The position numbers and the translations under genes were made by a program. From Anaerolineae bacterium (GTDB lineage Bacteria > Chloroflexota > Anaerolineae > UBA1429), in the NCBI GenBank assembly GCA_963675785.1, contig OY776562.1:1024001-1088000 (forward strand): a stretch of 64,000 bases of DNA. Reading direction: 5' to 3'. Shown here piece after piece: positions 31,834 through 40,941 of the stretch (its first letter is position 1; each line of letters starts with the position of its first letter). The notes under the pieces were generated by a model. It did no database searches, was not told the origin of the DNA, and worked only from the letters and a program-made list of their open reading frames with translations.

Positions 31834-34122
31834 TTGGTGATACCCTTGGATTCTATCCAGACTGTCACATCTTCCGATTCGGCAAAGTGGATCGGAATGC
31901 ACTGGCGCGCATACGAGAGTACTGACACGACCCGTGCGATAGCCTTTCGGCATGATGTCGTGCTAGATAGCATACCACAACGTGCCTTTATAAAAATTAC
32001 GGCACGAGACCGGTATGTGCTGTGGGTCAATGGAGTTTGGGCTGCTGACGGTCCTGCCATTTCGCCGGCTGACTTGGCACTGGTGGACACAATTGATGTG
32101 GCTGGCATGCTTTGTGAGGGCAATAACAGCCTGGCGTTTGTTGTATACAGCAACAAGAGCGAGCCTATGCTATTCGCTGATGGACTGATTCATACGGCCA
32201 TCAACGAGGTACGCATTCTTTCGGATTCCACCTGGCATGTTCGGCGAGCAGATTGGCTGGGGCCGTTGTCCGCTCAGGACGACGCGTCTGTCGTCTATTC
32301 TGCGCCCGCTGAGCCGCCCGATTGGCGTATGCTAGCCCCGCGTCATGGCTGGCAGCCGGCTCAGGCGCTGCGGAGTAATCATGGAGCAGACATCCCCGCA
32401 TTGGCCGACCGCCCGATCGGCCGACTCTACGAAGAAGACGTGGTTGCTCAGCTGGCCTGGTTGGGGCGTGGCCCCCGTACCATTCATGCGCGTGGGGGCG
32501 CTGTGGTGGATTGGTTTAATCAGTCGGCGGTAGAAGGCGATGGCGTCTATCGGCTCAAGGCAACGCCCGGTCATTACGAATTGACTTGGGATAACGTCCT
32601 TACGTTTGATCTTGGGCGCGCCTGTTTTTGCCGACCCTGCCTATCTGTTCATACTGAAGCTGATGGCGGCGTCATGGCGATCTATTACCATGCTACCCTG
32701 AGTGAACGCCCTCTGGCCAGCACTTCTCTGACTGCGAAGGGTACCCAAACTTGTGATGTAATCGAGTTGGGAAAAGGTCAGACAGACTGGACCCGGCAAG
32801 AGCCTCGCGGAACCCGCTACGTTACCATCCATTATGGCGGAACGATCGCTTGCGAGATAGACACAAGATTCTCGCGGATTCGCTATCCGTTTGCTAGCAA
32901 GTCGTCATTTACTTCAGGTGATGCCTTGTTGGAAAAGACCTGGCATACCGCCGCCGAAACGCTCGATGCGGCAACGGCCGACGTTTATGGGCATAGCACT
33001 ATAGAAGATAGCAGGCTGTGGCCTTCTGATCTCCTGGCAAGCGGACGTGCTGCATTCTATAGTTTTGGCGAGACGGCGCTCTGGCGGCGTTGCCTTTTAC
33101 ATATCCCCCGTGGGTTGGGTATTCTGGATGCCAACAACCCCTTGGATATCGTTGATACGCTCGTGCAGCGGATGTACTGGGCGCGATCCTGCTGGGACTA
33201 TCAGATGCTTTCTGGGGATCGGACGCTTCTTCCTGAGGTGGCACAGTCCGTCAGTGAATTGCTCGATGATTGCGCCGAGTATATGACGGAAGAGGATTTG
33301 TTTGCACCTTCGCGCACCTCGCGAGAATTGGATGCGCTTTCTGACGAGCCCTATTCATTGGAACTCAACGCGCTCTTGTATATGACGGCCAAGAGTGTGC
33401 AGCGCATCGCTCAGGCTGTATCCGATGATGGTATGGAGCAGCTTGCCATGCAATTTGTGGATGCGCTTGGCGTAGAGGCTGCGCGGTTCTATGACATTCA
33501 GGAACGTCGCTATCTTCTTACCTTGCCCAGAAGCAGAGAAGCGGCATCCCGTCGCGATATAAATGACAGTCGATGGCTCATACCGAACGCGATGATCTGC
33601 CTGGCGGGGTTGGGTCCAAATGCCCAACGCAAGGCGGTTGCTTCTTCCATCGCAGAGGTGTGTGTGCCCCCCATGGGGCGAGAGAACCGGGTGTCTCCGG
33701 TACATGTCAGCGATATTGGGCGTGTTCTGAGTGACTATGGCTATGCAGATAGTGCACTGCGCTTTTTTCAAACCGTATATGCCGAAAAGCTGTACGGTGG
33801 GGCCGTTACCTTTGGCGCCAATCTCGGCGGTACGGTTAGCGGTGATGCTTGTTCAGCAGCAGCTTCAATCAATACGTATTTGGCCGAAGATGTAATTGGC
33901 CTGCGACCGGTGGTAGCCGGCTGGCGGCGTATTCTTTTACGCCCTTCTTTTCTTGTCAAAGAGCTTACCTATGCGTTTCATTCGCCCGCGGGGCGTATTG
34001 CCATCCAGATTGAGGGCGCACGCATTATCGCTTCACATCCCGAAGGGGTTCAGCTTGAATGCGCTGGCAAGAACTTTGCCGGAACCGGTGAACCGCAAGT
34101 TGTGTTTGAGCTTAATAAGTAA
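31834..34122 (+). CDS. Alpha-L-rhamnosidase (GH78)-like protein with degenerate catalytic motifs
   Basis: RYVLWVNG..DGP, FDLG, RGTRYV, VIGLRP..GWRRILLRP architecture; start uncertain. Confidence 0.6.
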   Translation: MVIPLDSIQTVTSSDSAKWIGMHWRAYESTDTTRAIAFRHDVVLDSIPQRAFIKITARDRYVLWVNGVWAADGPAISPADLALVDTIDVAGMLCEGNNSLAFVVYSNKSEPMLFADGLIHTAINEVRILSDSTWHVRRADWLGPLSAQDDASVVYSAPAEPPDWRMLAPRHGWQPAQALRSNHGADIPALADRPIGRLYEEDVVAQLAWLGRGPRTIHARGGAVVDWFNQSAVEGDGVYRLKATPGHYELTWDNVLTFDLGRACFCRPCLSVHTEADGGVMAIYYHATLSERPLASTSLTAKGTQTCDVIELGKGQTDWTRQEPRGTRYVTIHYGGTIACEIDTRFSRIRYPFASKSSFTSGDALLEKTWHTAAETLDAATADVYGHSTIEDSRLWPSDLLASGRAAFYSFGETALWRRCLLHIPRGLGILDANNPLDIVDTLVQRMYWARSCWDYQMLSGDRTLLPEVAQSVSELLDDCAEYMTEEDLFAPSRTSRELDALSDEPYSLELNALLYMTAKSVQRIAQAVSDDGMEQLAMQFVDALGVEAARFYDIQERRYLLTLPRSREAASRRDINDSRWLIPNAMICLAGLGPNAQRKAVASSIAEVCVPPMGRENRVSPVHVSDIGRVLSDYGYADSALRFFQTVYAEKLYGGAVTFGANLGGTVSGDACSAAASINTYLAEDVIGLRPVVAGWRRILLRPSFLVKELTYAFHSPAGRIAIQIEGARIIASHPEGVQLECAGKNFAGTGEPQVVFELNK

Positions 34123-34158
34123 ATATCCTCAGGTGTTGCGTATGGCGCGCTAAAAATA

Positions 34159-35394
34159 CTAGTTGGTCCACTGGCTGACATCGATCCCGTATATTTGTCG
34201 GGAACCTTCGTGAACAGAGTCAACGGTGATGATGCGTCCATCACCGCGCCACCGGGGATGCAGATCGCAACGAATATCGCCGACAAATTGCGCATTGTGC
34301 GCTGGGCGTGCCAGTATGATTTTCGTGTTTTCGTGCGGATTGTAGATGAACAGCTCGGCGGCCCTTCCGGCCTCTGTTTTTGGCGGTCCCGCAAGATCAA
34401 GGATGTTTTTTGGCGAGTCTGTAGAGACCGCTGTGTTGCCCGGATAGGTATCGCAGGCTATCCACTGCCCATTGGGCGCAAGACAGGCGTGACCATCTTG
34501 CGGCATGTAGCCATCTCCCCAGGGCTCACAATGTCCGTCCAGAATATTGATGCAGGTGAACTGCATGGTGCCGCAGGCATCATCGCTGCAGAGCAAGTGA
34601 CTTTCATCCAGCCAGCAAAAATGCGAGATGCGATAGCGGTAATCCAACAGGCATTTCAACTCGCTGCCGTCACTATTCATCACCCAAAGCGAATCCAATC
34701 GTCCCCGATCCCGTTCTGCTGAAATGACCCTCGTAAGGAATACCAGTTTTTCACCAGCTGGGCTGTAGAGAAGGTGATTGAACCAGAGGGCGCCATGCTC
34801 AGGTTGGGGCCATCCCTCCAATGCGGCACTCTCGGATTCGACTTGGGCGAGGGACACGATCAGCTCTTTATGCCCGGATTCGAGATCTATTTGCCAAATG
34901 CCATCATCCTGGGGCGCTATCTCCAGTTCGCTTGAGGAGGAGAGATCGTATCCTACAACAGGGCGACATTTCCACATGCGGGCATAGTTTAGGCTGACTG
35001 CGCGATAGTGTGTGTTATCTACAGCTGCCAGAGCGCCGCTGAACGTACGACGCTTGAGATTGACAGGATCAATTGCCTGACTCACCAACTGACCGTTTTG
35101 CCAATCGTTGTAGGTAAACTCTGTGCGCCCCCCCGTTTTGATCCAGAACATCATCGAGCCTTGTTGAAGGTTAAAGGCGGGTGTTGTCCCGAATGGCTGA
35201 AAGTCACCTGCTACGGCATCAAGCAAGCCTACGCGAGCTATGTCGGCGCCAGTTGGCCGTCGCTCATGAAATGTCGTTTCCAGTGCGAGATGCCGCGTTC
35301 CTGATGGATCCCATGCAGAAACGCCATAATAGCCGAAAAAGTGATGCAGCGGTCCTCTGGAAAGAGGGATCAAAAACTGTGTTGCATCTGCCAT
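34159..35394 (-). CDS. Beta-propeller hypothetical protein (oligogalacturonate-lyase/TolB-like)
   Basis: HFFGYY, NLQQGSM, RCDLHPRW, DSVHEG.RQIY. Confidence 0.6.
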   Translation of the reverse strand: MADATQFLIPLSRGPLHHFFGYYGVSAWDPSGTRHLALETTFHERRPTGADIARVGLLDAVAGDFQPFGTTPAFNLQQGSMMFWIKTGGRTEFTYNDWQNGQLVSQAIDPVNLKRRTFSGALAAVDNTHYRAVSLNYARMWKCRPVVGYDLSSSSELEIAPQDDGIWQIDLESGHKELIVSLAQVESESAALEGWPQPEHGALWFNHLLYSPAGEKLVFLTRVISAERDRGRLDSLWVMNSDGSELKCLLDYRYRISHFCWLDESHLLCSDDACGTMQFTCINILDGHCEPWGDGYMPQDGHACLAPNGQWIACDTYPGNTAVSTDSPKNILDLAGPPKTEAGRAAELFIYNPHENTKIILARPAHNAQFVGDIRCDLHPRWRGDGRIITVDSVHEGSRQIYGIDVSQWTN

Positions 35395-35414
35395 AGATTC
35401 CCTCCGGATGCGTA

Positions 35415-37019
35415 TTATTGGGTCAAAAGAGTTTTTCTAATCAAAAGACACCAGTTTGGATCACGCGGCCATTCCTCAAAGCTCGTAATATCCTTCAAGA
35501 GCTCACTGTCTCGGTCGATGCCGAGGGTTTGCAACAAGCAGTAATCTTGCAGCGATTCCCCCAGAATCTCCCACCGTATCGAGTCTACAGGGCCATCGGG
35601 TCCCGGATAGACAACAAAAGGATCGCCATACACCCAACCGTCTTGCCAGGCATGGGCATCCTGAATGGTATAGGGATCGATCAGTTCCTGAGTTTGCCGC
35701 TTGAACCAATAGTTATAGCCCCAATGCAAGAAACCTTTGAATGGCCAGCGGTAGAACAACAAGCCGTGCATGGCAATCTTGGTTAAAGGGGTATCGATGA
35801 GGCGATTGATGTAGCGACCGCGCGGCCCGCAGCAATAATAACATCCTGATTCGATGCCGGCATTCAAAAAATCGAGAGCGGCACGCGTGCTGGGGAAGGG
35901 CAGATCGACCAGATGCTCCAGGCCGTATTCTAGGTGGCTGGTGGCATCACACGTCTTGATCCATGGCGCCAGTTCGTGGATGAGCTGCCTGTCAGCGCGA
36001 TAGTTGGCCACATCCTTTTCGTTGGGCTCGTCCGATATGTGAAAGAGTGAGGCGGCCAGAAGGCCTTCGCGCTCCAAAAAGGCATGCAGCTCGGGCAGAT
36101 ACTGACTCAAAAAGTTGCGGTATACCGTTCCAGTTGCCGGGGTCTCTGGCGGCCATAGCAGGTTGCCATCCTTGCCCTGGCCATGATAGATGCGGATGGC
36201 ATTGGCCGCGCCCCATTGCGTGAAAAAGTGTGTCCATTCGAACTTGGTCAGGCCACAGGCACGCGCCAAGTCGACATAACGTTTGACATCGCGCCAATCA
36301 AAAACGTACTGCCCAGGGGTGGTCTCTTGCACGATGAGTAACTGGCTGGGCAGCTTAACTCCATCCAGGGGCGGGGTAAAGACGGGCACATAAATCACGT
36401 TTTGCCCGTGTTCAGCAAGATTCTTGAGGTAAGCGGGCAGAATGCTCCAAAAGCGCTCGTCGAACTGATCCGTGCCGTAATAGGCAAAGAGCGAATCTAC
36501 ATAGAACCAGTTGGTGATGTCAAAGCCTTGCCGCGGGTTGATGGTCACATCATACAAGGTGATGGGAATAGTGCAGTGGCGGGTGGTTCCATCGGCTGCG
36601 GTGAGTGTGATGGTAAGCGTATGCTGGCCAGGCTCGGCGTTCGTTGTAGGGGTGATGCTCAACCAAAAAGCATGTGTTTCTTGCTCGGGGAGCAAGAGCT
36701 CACGCTCATCAAACAAAGGATCAGGCACAAAACCTGGAATGTGGCCACGCCCCTCGACATCACTTTCGTCATCGTTAGGAAGCATGTTCAGGTGCCTGAT
36801 GGGCACATAGCCAACGCGTCGGACACGGACCTGGAAGGCCTTGTTCGGCTCGATAGTTGCTGTGATAGTGGTACGCTCAGAAAGAGAGTTGAGCCGCACG
36901 GCCACCTGGATGCTGTGCGTTTCATTCAGGGCACTCTCGATCCTCGGGCAATAGGGCTGGAGTGGCGTATCGGGATAGATTCTTGTAGTAGAAGAAACCA
37001 ACCATGCTTCAAAGGACAT
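35415..37019 (-). CDS. DUF4091-domain glycoside hydrolase-like protein
   Basis: HISDEP, YYCC, GFLHWGYN, GDPFVVYPG, SIRWE. Confidence 0.75.
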   Translation of the reverse strand: MSFEAWLVSSTTRIYPDTPLQPYCPRIESALNETHSIQVAVRLNSLSERTTITATIEPNKAFQVRVRRVGYVPIRHLNMLPNDDESDVEGRGHIPGFVPDPLFDERELLLPEQETHAFWLSITPTTNAEPGQHTLTITLTAADGTTRHCTIPITLYDVTINPRQGFDITNWFYVDSLFAYYGTDQFDERFWSILPAYLKNLAEHGQNVIYVPVFTPPLDGVKLPSQLLIVQETTPGQYVFDWRDVKRYVDLARACGLTKFEWTHFFTQWGAANAIRIYHGQGKDGNLLWPPETPATGTVYRNFLSQYLPELHAFLEREGLLAASLFHISDEPNEKDVANYRADRQLIHELAPWIKTCDATSHLEYGLEHLVDLPFPSTRAALDFLNAGIESGCYYCCGPRGRYINRLIDTPLTKIAMHGLLFYRWPFKGFLHWGYNYWFKRQTQELIDPYTIQDAHAWQDGWVYGDPFVVYPGPDGPVDSIRWEILGESLQDYCLLQTLGIDRDSELLKDITSFEEWPRDPNWCLLIRKTLLTQ

Positions 37020-37291
37020 ATCACTCCTCTGGCACGTGCGCCTGGATGTTCACATAATCTTGCAAGTATACCATTCGTGGATGCCAAGCTCAAGGCTATT
37101 GTCTGGAATAGAACAATATCTAGCAAAGTAGAATAGATATTGCAGATAGTTCATCACGAAATCTGAGTTTCGCCCATTCGTTGCGTCTTTGCAAGTGAGA
37201 GAAACTATATATTTAAGCTTGTTCGTTTTCAGAACGTCAATAACCTTTACGACCAGATTTGGAGCATTGGGTAACGTACGCATACAGGGGG

Positions 37292-37669
37292 ATGATGAAA
37301 CTTGATCAGCGCTGGGAAGACCTCGTCTTTTCGACACTTGTGTCGGCAGGCATGTCTTTTGTTATTTCAACGATGACAGCAGTTCTTTACTACATATTGG
37401 GCTTGTGGGATAATTTCTGGGCTCCGTATTTGCGAGGCATGTCCATAGGCTTTGTCATCGGTATCCCCGCAGCCATGGTGCTTGTGCCGCTGGTTCGTCG
37501 CCTCGTTAAGCGTCTTGTATCTTCAGAAACAGACCAAGCGCCGCACAAAAAGCGACGCCTTTTGTGTATGCCTACCAGGTCATGGGCACATAGCCCTCAC
37601 GAATGGCCTCTGATACCGGTTGACCGATACCTCGTACGACACAGCCCAAATTCCGCAAAAGATCGCTGA
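37292..37669 (+). CDS. Small membrane protein (DUF2798-like)
   Basis: Two TM segments; MSFVIS, PLVRRLV. Confidence 0.55.
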   Translation: MMKLDQRWEDLVFSTLVSAGMSFVISTMTAVLYYILGLWDNFWAPYLRGMSIGFVIGIPAAMVLVPLVRRLVKRLVSSETDQAPHKKRRLLCMPTRSWAHSPHEWPLIPVDRYLVRHSPNSAKDR

Positions 37670-37907
37670 CGTTATGCTTGTCTGAGCACCAGGAGCAAGC
37701 TTCAGGAACAACACCAGCTTCAATGAGGCTCTTTACGCGTTCGGCCAGTTCGGGATGGGTGGCGATGGTTATTTCAGAGGGGCCGAACAGGTAGACGCGC
37801 AGATTTGGGATCCATTGGCGATTGGCAGCATTGACGGCATAAACGAGTCCCATCTCCAATACATCAGGATCACCACTAACGAGAATGACAGCTAACTTTT
37901 CGCTCAC
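37572..37907 (-). CDS. DsrE-like protein
   Basis: LFGPS, ACSWC, C-terminal GYVPMTW. Confidence 0.7.
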   Translation of the reverse strand: MSEKLAVILVSGDPDVLEMGLVYAVNAANRQWIPNLRVYLFGPSEITIATHPELAERVKSLIEAGVVPEACSWCSDKHNVSDLLRNLGCVVRGIGQPVSEAIREGYVPMTW

Positions 37908-38045
37908 TGTATTTCCTTTCGACTTGTCGAGTTTCAACCAGGCCCTATAATGCCAGTCTATGACGGTGTCATGATGCCGCCATCATACCACAGGCAAAGA
38001 TGCCCTGATATGTGCAGAGACTGCTCTGGCAGCCAGGAGGTTGAC

Positions 38046-39254
38046 TTGGTCGAAAAGAATGGGTTACGCCGCGAAACCGTCATACTCATCCTACTCTTTG
38101 CCATTTTCGCTGCCTTTCAAGGTTCCCTTCAGGCCTTAGTGCCGCTCAAAATGGTCTCCCTGGGCATGTCCGATTCAGAGATTGGCCTTTTGCAGGCCGT
38201 CCCTGGTATTCTTGCCATGGCTTTTGGGGCGCCGCTTGCTCGTCTGGCTACCACGCGCTATCGCAAGGCCGCTTTGGCCGGCATTTTCCTTGCCAGCATT
38301 CTGGCATGTTTGATCTACCTCGTCGCCGAGACGCCTGCTGCCATGATCCCTGCACAAATTCTCTTTGGAGCCAGCAGCCCCGGCTTTTGGGCCTTGGCCC
38401 TTTTCACCTCTTTTCAGATGGTCGGTGACGGCAACCACAATCGCCTTCAAGGCAACATTGGTGTTGCTCAGGGCATTGGTTTTTGCACCGGTCCCATTCT
38501 GGGGGGCTTTATCGGGCGTTCGGTGATCAACCTGGGATTTTTCGGTGGGGTGGGGCTCGGTGTGTTGGGTTTTTTAGGGGTCATGTTGCTTTCGCCTACA
38601 CCCCAGCTTGAGGAGGGCGAGGGCCTTTGGCGAGGCTTTGTGGGGTCATACGTCCGATTGTTCCGCGTGGCCACACGGCGTCCGGCTGTGATTCTGGCGA
38701 TGGCGCTGGCTATGGCCAGTGGCTTTATCATTCAGGTTTACGGCGGCAGTTTTATGCTGGTCCATGCTTCCGGCATTGGCATCGCTACGCTGGTTTGCAC
38801 CATTGCCATGGGTTCTCGTGATCTAATGGCGGGCGTCGTCAGATCGTGGCAAAGCCAGGCTGTAGAGCGTGTTGGCCTTGTTCGGCTGCTCTTTCTCAGC
38901 CTGGGGACGGCATTGTTGATTACTTCCCTCGTGCCCATAACCACGGGGCCTTGGGGGCTTGGTCTGGTGATGGTTTCAAGTGGTGCCGCAATCGCCTTTG
39001 TCATTCCTGGGTTGAACGTGCTGGCGGGGGCCTCGTCCACGTTGACCGAGCAAGCATTTGGCATCGTCAGTACCACCATCGCCAACTTTGCTGCGCAGCT
39101 CTTTTTCGCGCCTGTAACAGGCGTGGTGCTAGAATCTATAGGCTATAACGCCGGTTACCCTCTCATCGGTGGGGCGGCGCTCCTGGCTCTTTTGGCGGTA
39201 TACCTATGGAGCCGCCGCGCTGTTCCTCGCTCGGCTGGCAAAGCGACTGAATAG
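38046..39254 (+). CDS. MFS transporter
   Basis: About 12 TM segments; GPILGG; CAGGAGG RBS before TTG. Confidence 0.8.
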   Translation: MVEKNGLRRETVILILLFAIFAAFQGSLQALVPLKMVSLGMSDSEIGLLQAVPGILAMAFGAPLARLATTRYRKAALAGIFLASILACLIYLVAETPAAMIPAQILFGASSPGFWALALFTSFQMVGDGNHNRLQGNIGVAQGIGFCTGPILGGFIGRSVINLGFFGGVGLGVLGFLGVMLLSPTPQLEEGEGLWRGFVGSYVRLFRVATRRPAVILAMALAMASGFIIQVYGGSFMLVHASGIGIATLVCTIAMGSRDLMAGVVRSWQSQAVERVGLVRLLFLSLGTALLITSLVPITTGPWGLGLVMVSSGAAIAFVIPGLNVLAGASSTLTEQAFGIVSTTIANFAAQLFFAPVTGVVLESIGYNAGYPLIGGAALLALLAVYLWSRRAVPRSAGKATE

Positions 39255-39304
39255 CGATCGTGGTGAGTGAATGCCCCGATAGTCACCGAGATCAAAGGAG
39301 ATGT

Positions 39305-39781
39305 ATGGAACTCCGAGAGATTCTCATAACCAATCTGAATGAATTGCCCACCAAACACGTCTGCAATCATGGGCCTTACGAGTACATCAAATCAACCGTC
39401 GTACCCAAAGATGACGAGAACGATTGCTGCGTGGCTTTTTACCAGATTCCACCGGGCAAATCGAATTATCCCTACCATTATCACACCAGTGCGACCGAGG
39501 TTTTTTACATCATCAGTGGCACCGGCATTCTGGAGACGCCTTCTGGGCAGAAAGCGGTGACAGCTGGTGACATCATCGTCTTTCCAGCCACTGAAGAGGG
39601 CGCACACAAACTCAGCAATCCCTCTGAATCCGAGATACTCACCTACCTCGATTTCGATACCCTCGATTTCCCCGATGTGATTTTCTACCCCGATTCCAAC
39701 AAAGTGGGCGTGGCCGTCAGCAGCAAGAATGCCATGTTCTACAAGCGGGATTCGGACGTGGATTATTTCGACGGCGAATAA
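39305..39781 (+). CDS. Cupin domain protein
   Basis: PYHYH..EVFYIISG...AHKL. Confidence 0.85.
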   Translation: MELREILITNLNELPTKHVCNHGPYEYIKSTVVPKDDENDCCVAFYQIPPGKSNYPYHYHTSATEVFYIISGTGILETPSGQKAVTAGDIIVFPATEEGAHKLSNPSESEILTYLDFDTLDFPDVIFYPDSNKVGVAVSSKNAMFYKRDSDVDYFDGE

Positions 39782-39804
39782 GACTCAACAAGTCGGTATA
39801 TAAA

Positions 39805-39836
39805 AAGGGCGATAGGAGGATTCTCCTATCGCCCTT
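39805..39836. terminator. Bidirectional terminator
   Basis: AAGGGCGATAGGAG...CTCCTATCGCCCTT. Confidence 0.7.
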
Positions 39837-39857
39837 AGCTTTTACTGTATGTCCAGC

Positions 39858-40631
39858 TCAAACTGGCTGAAGCGTGCCGGCAAAGATTTGCCAGGCCAGG
39901 GCGCTCTTGGCCAGGAGGCTCAAGAGAATATAGACAGCCTCACCAAACACATAGTTCTTCCAGGGCCCTACTTTTTTATATTGCAGCACCATGTTGACGG
40001 GAAAAATGTTGAATGTCGCAAAGATGGTGATGAGGATGGCATACACAAAACCGGGTATATCGGCGTTATTGCCAGAAGCAGAGCCGACCATCTGTAATAC
40101 CAGAATGCCCCAGGGAACAATGCCCGCCAGACAGCCAAATGTGAACGAAGTCCAGTCGGTGCGCTCGGTGGTCTGGTTATGCAGCTCCATCATATAGCCA
40201 AAGAGGTTCATTGAGGCGTTCACGGCAAATATGGCAATGAGAGCCACCAGATCATAAATGCCGGTGAGCATGGCGATGAGGATGATCATCAGCGACGAGC
40301 TAAAAGCGTACTCGATCCAGCGCGCCTTGTTGATCCCCTTCTTCAGATTTTTGATGTACCACGGATAAATACCGGGCAGCGTCAGCAAAAGATGGGCCAG
40401 GGCAGAGAGGAACAGAAAACAGGCTACGGCAATGCCGAACTTCAGGTTGAACGCAGTTTGGGTGTCCGTAACCAGTTTGCGTGTGGAGGTATCGAACAAG
40501 AGATAATTGGTGCGAATGGGCAGGGTGAAATCGTTGCTCAGCCAGACCATCAGAATACCCTGGGCGGCATGAAAAATGCCCATCACGAGGTTGTAAATGC
40601 GCAAGCGGCGGAAGGTAGTCTCTTGATCCAT
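39858..40631 (-). CDS. Heliorhodopsin
   Basis: 7 TM; TM1 HAAQG, TM3 RWIEYAFSSSLM, TM7 YILLSLLAKSALAW with the retinal-binding Lys; AAGGAGG RBS. Confidence 0.93.
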   Translation of the reverse strand: MDQETTFRRLRIYNLVMGIFHAAQGILMVWLSNDFTLPIRTNYLLFDTSTRKLVTDTQTAFNLKFGIAVACFLFLSALAHLLLTLPGIYPWYIKNLKKGINKARWIEYAFSSSLMIILIAMLTGIYDLVALIAIFAVNASMNLFGYMMELHNQTTERTDWTSFTFGCLAGIVPWGILVLQMVGSASGNNADIPGFVYAILITIFATFNIFPVNMVLQYKKVGPWKNYVFGEAVYILLSLLAKSALAWQIFAGTLQPV

Positions 40632-40941
40632 GGTGGGGTCCTCCTTGAACACTGCTTTGTGCGAAAGGCTATTGCTGCCAGGATAATTGACATAAAGATA
40701 AATGTCAAGGCCTCGTTCCCTTATTAGCTGGATTAGCTTGTGTTCCACATGATTTTCACTGTGCCATCCTTTCCCTGCTTTTTTTGGGATGCTTTGGCAC
40801 TTGCCTAGCTGGATACTGTTAGAATAGTATAAAACTTGTTGAGTACTCTTCTTATTAATAGACCGACAATATTTTAATTAGAGTGTCCTGGTATAATCCT
40901 TTCTGGTATGCCACATTATTCTGCCGCGATAGGGGTAACAT

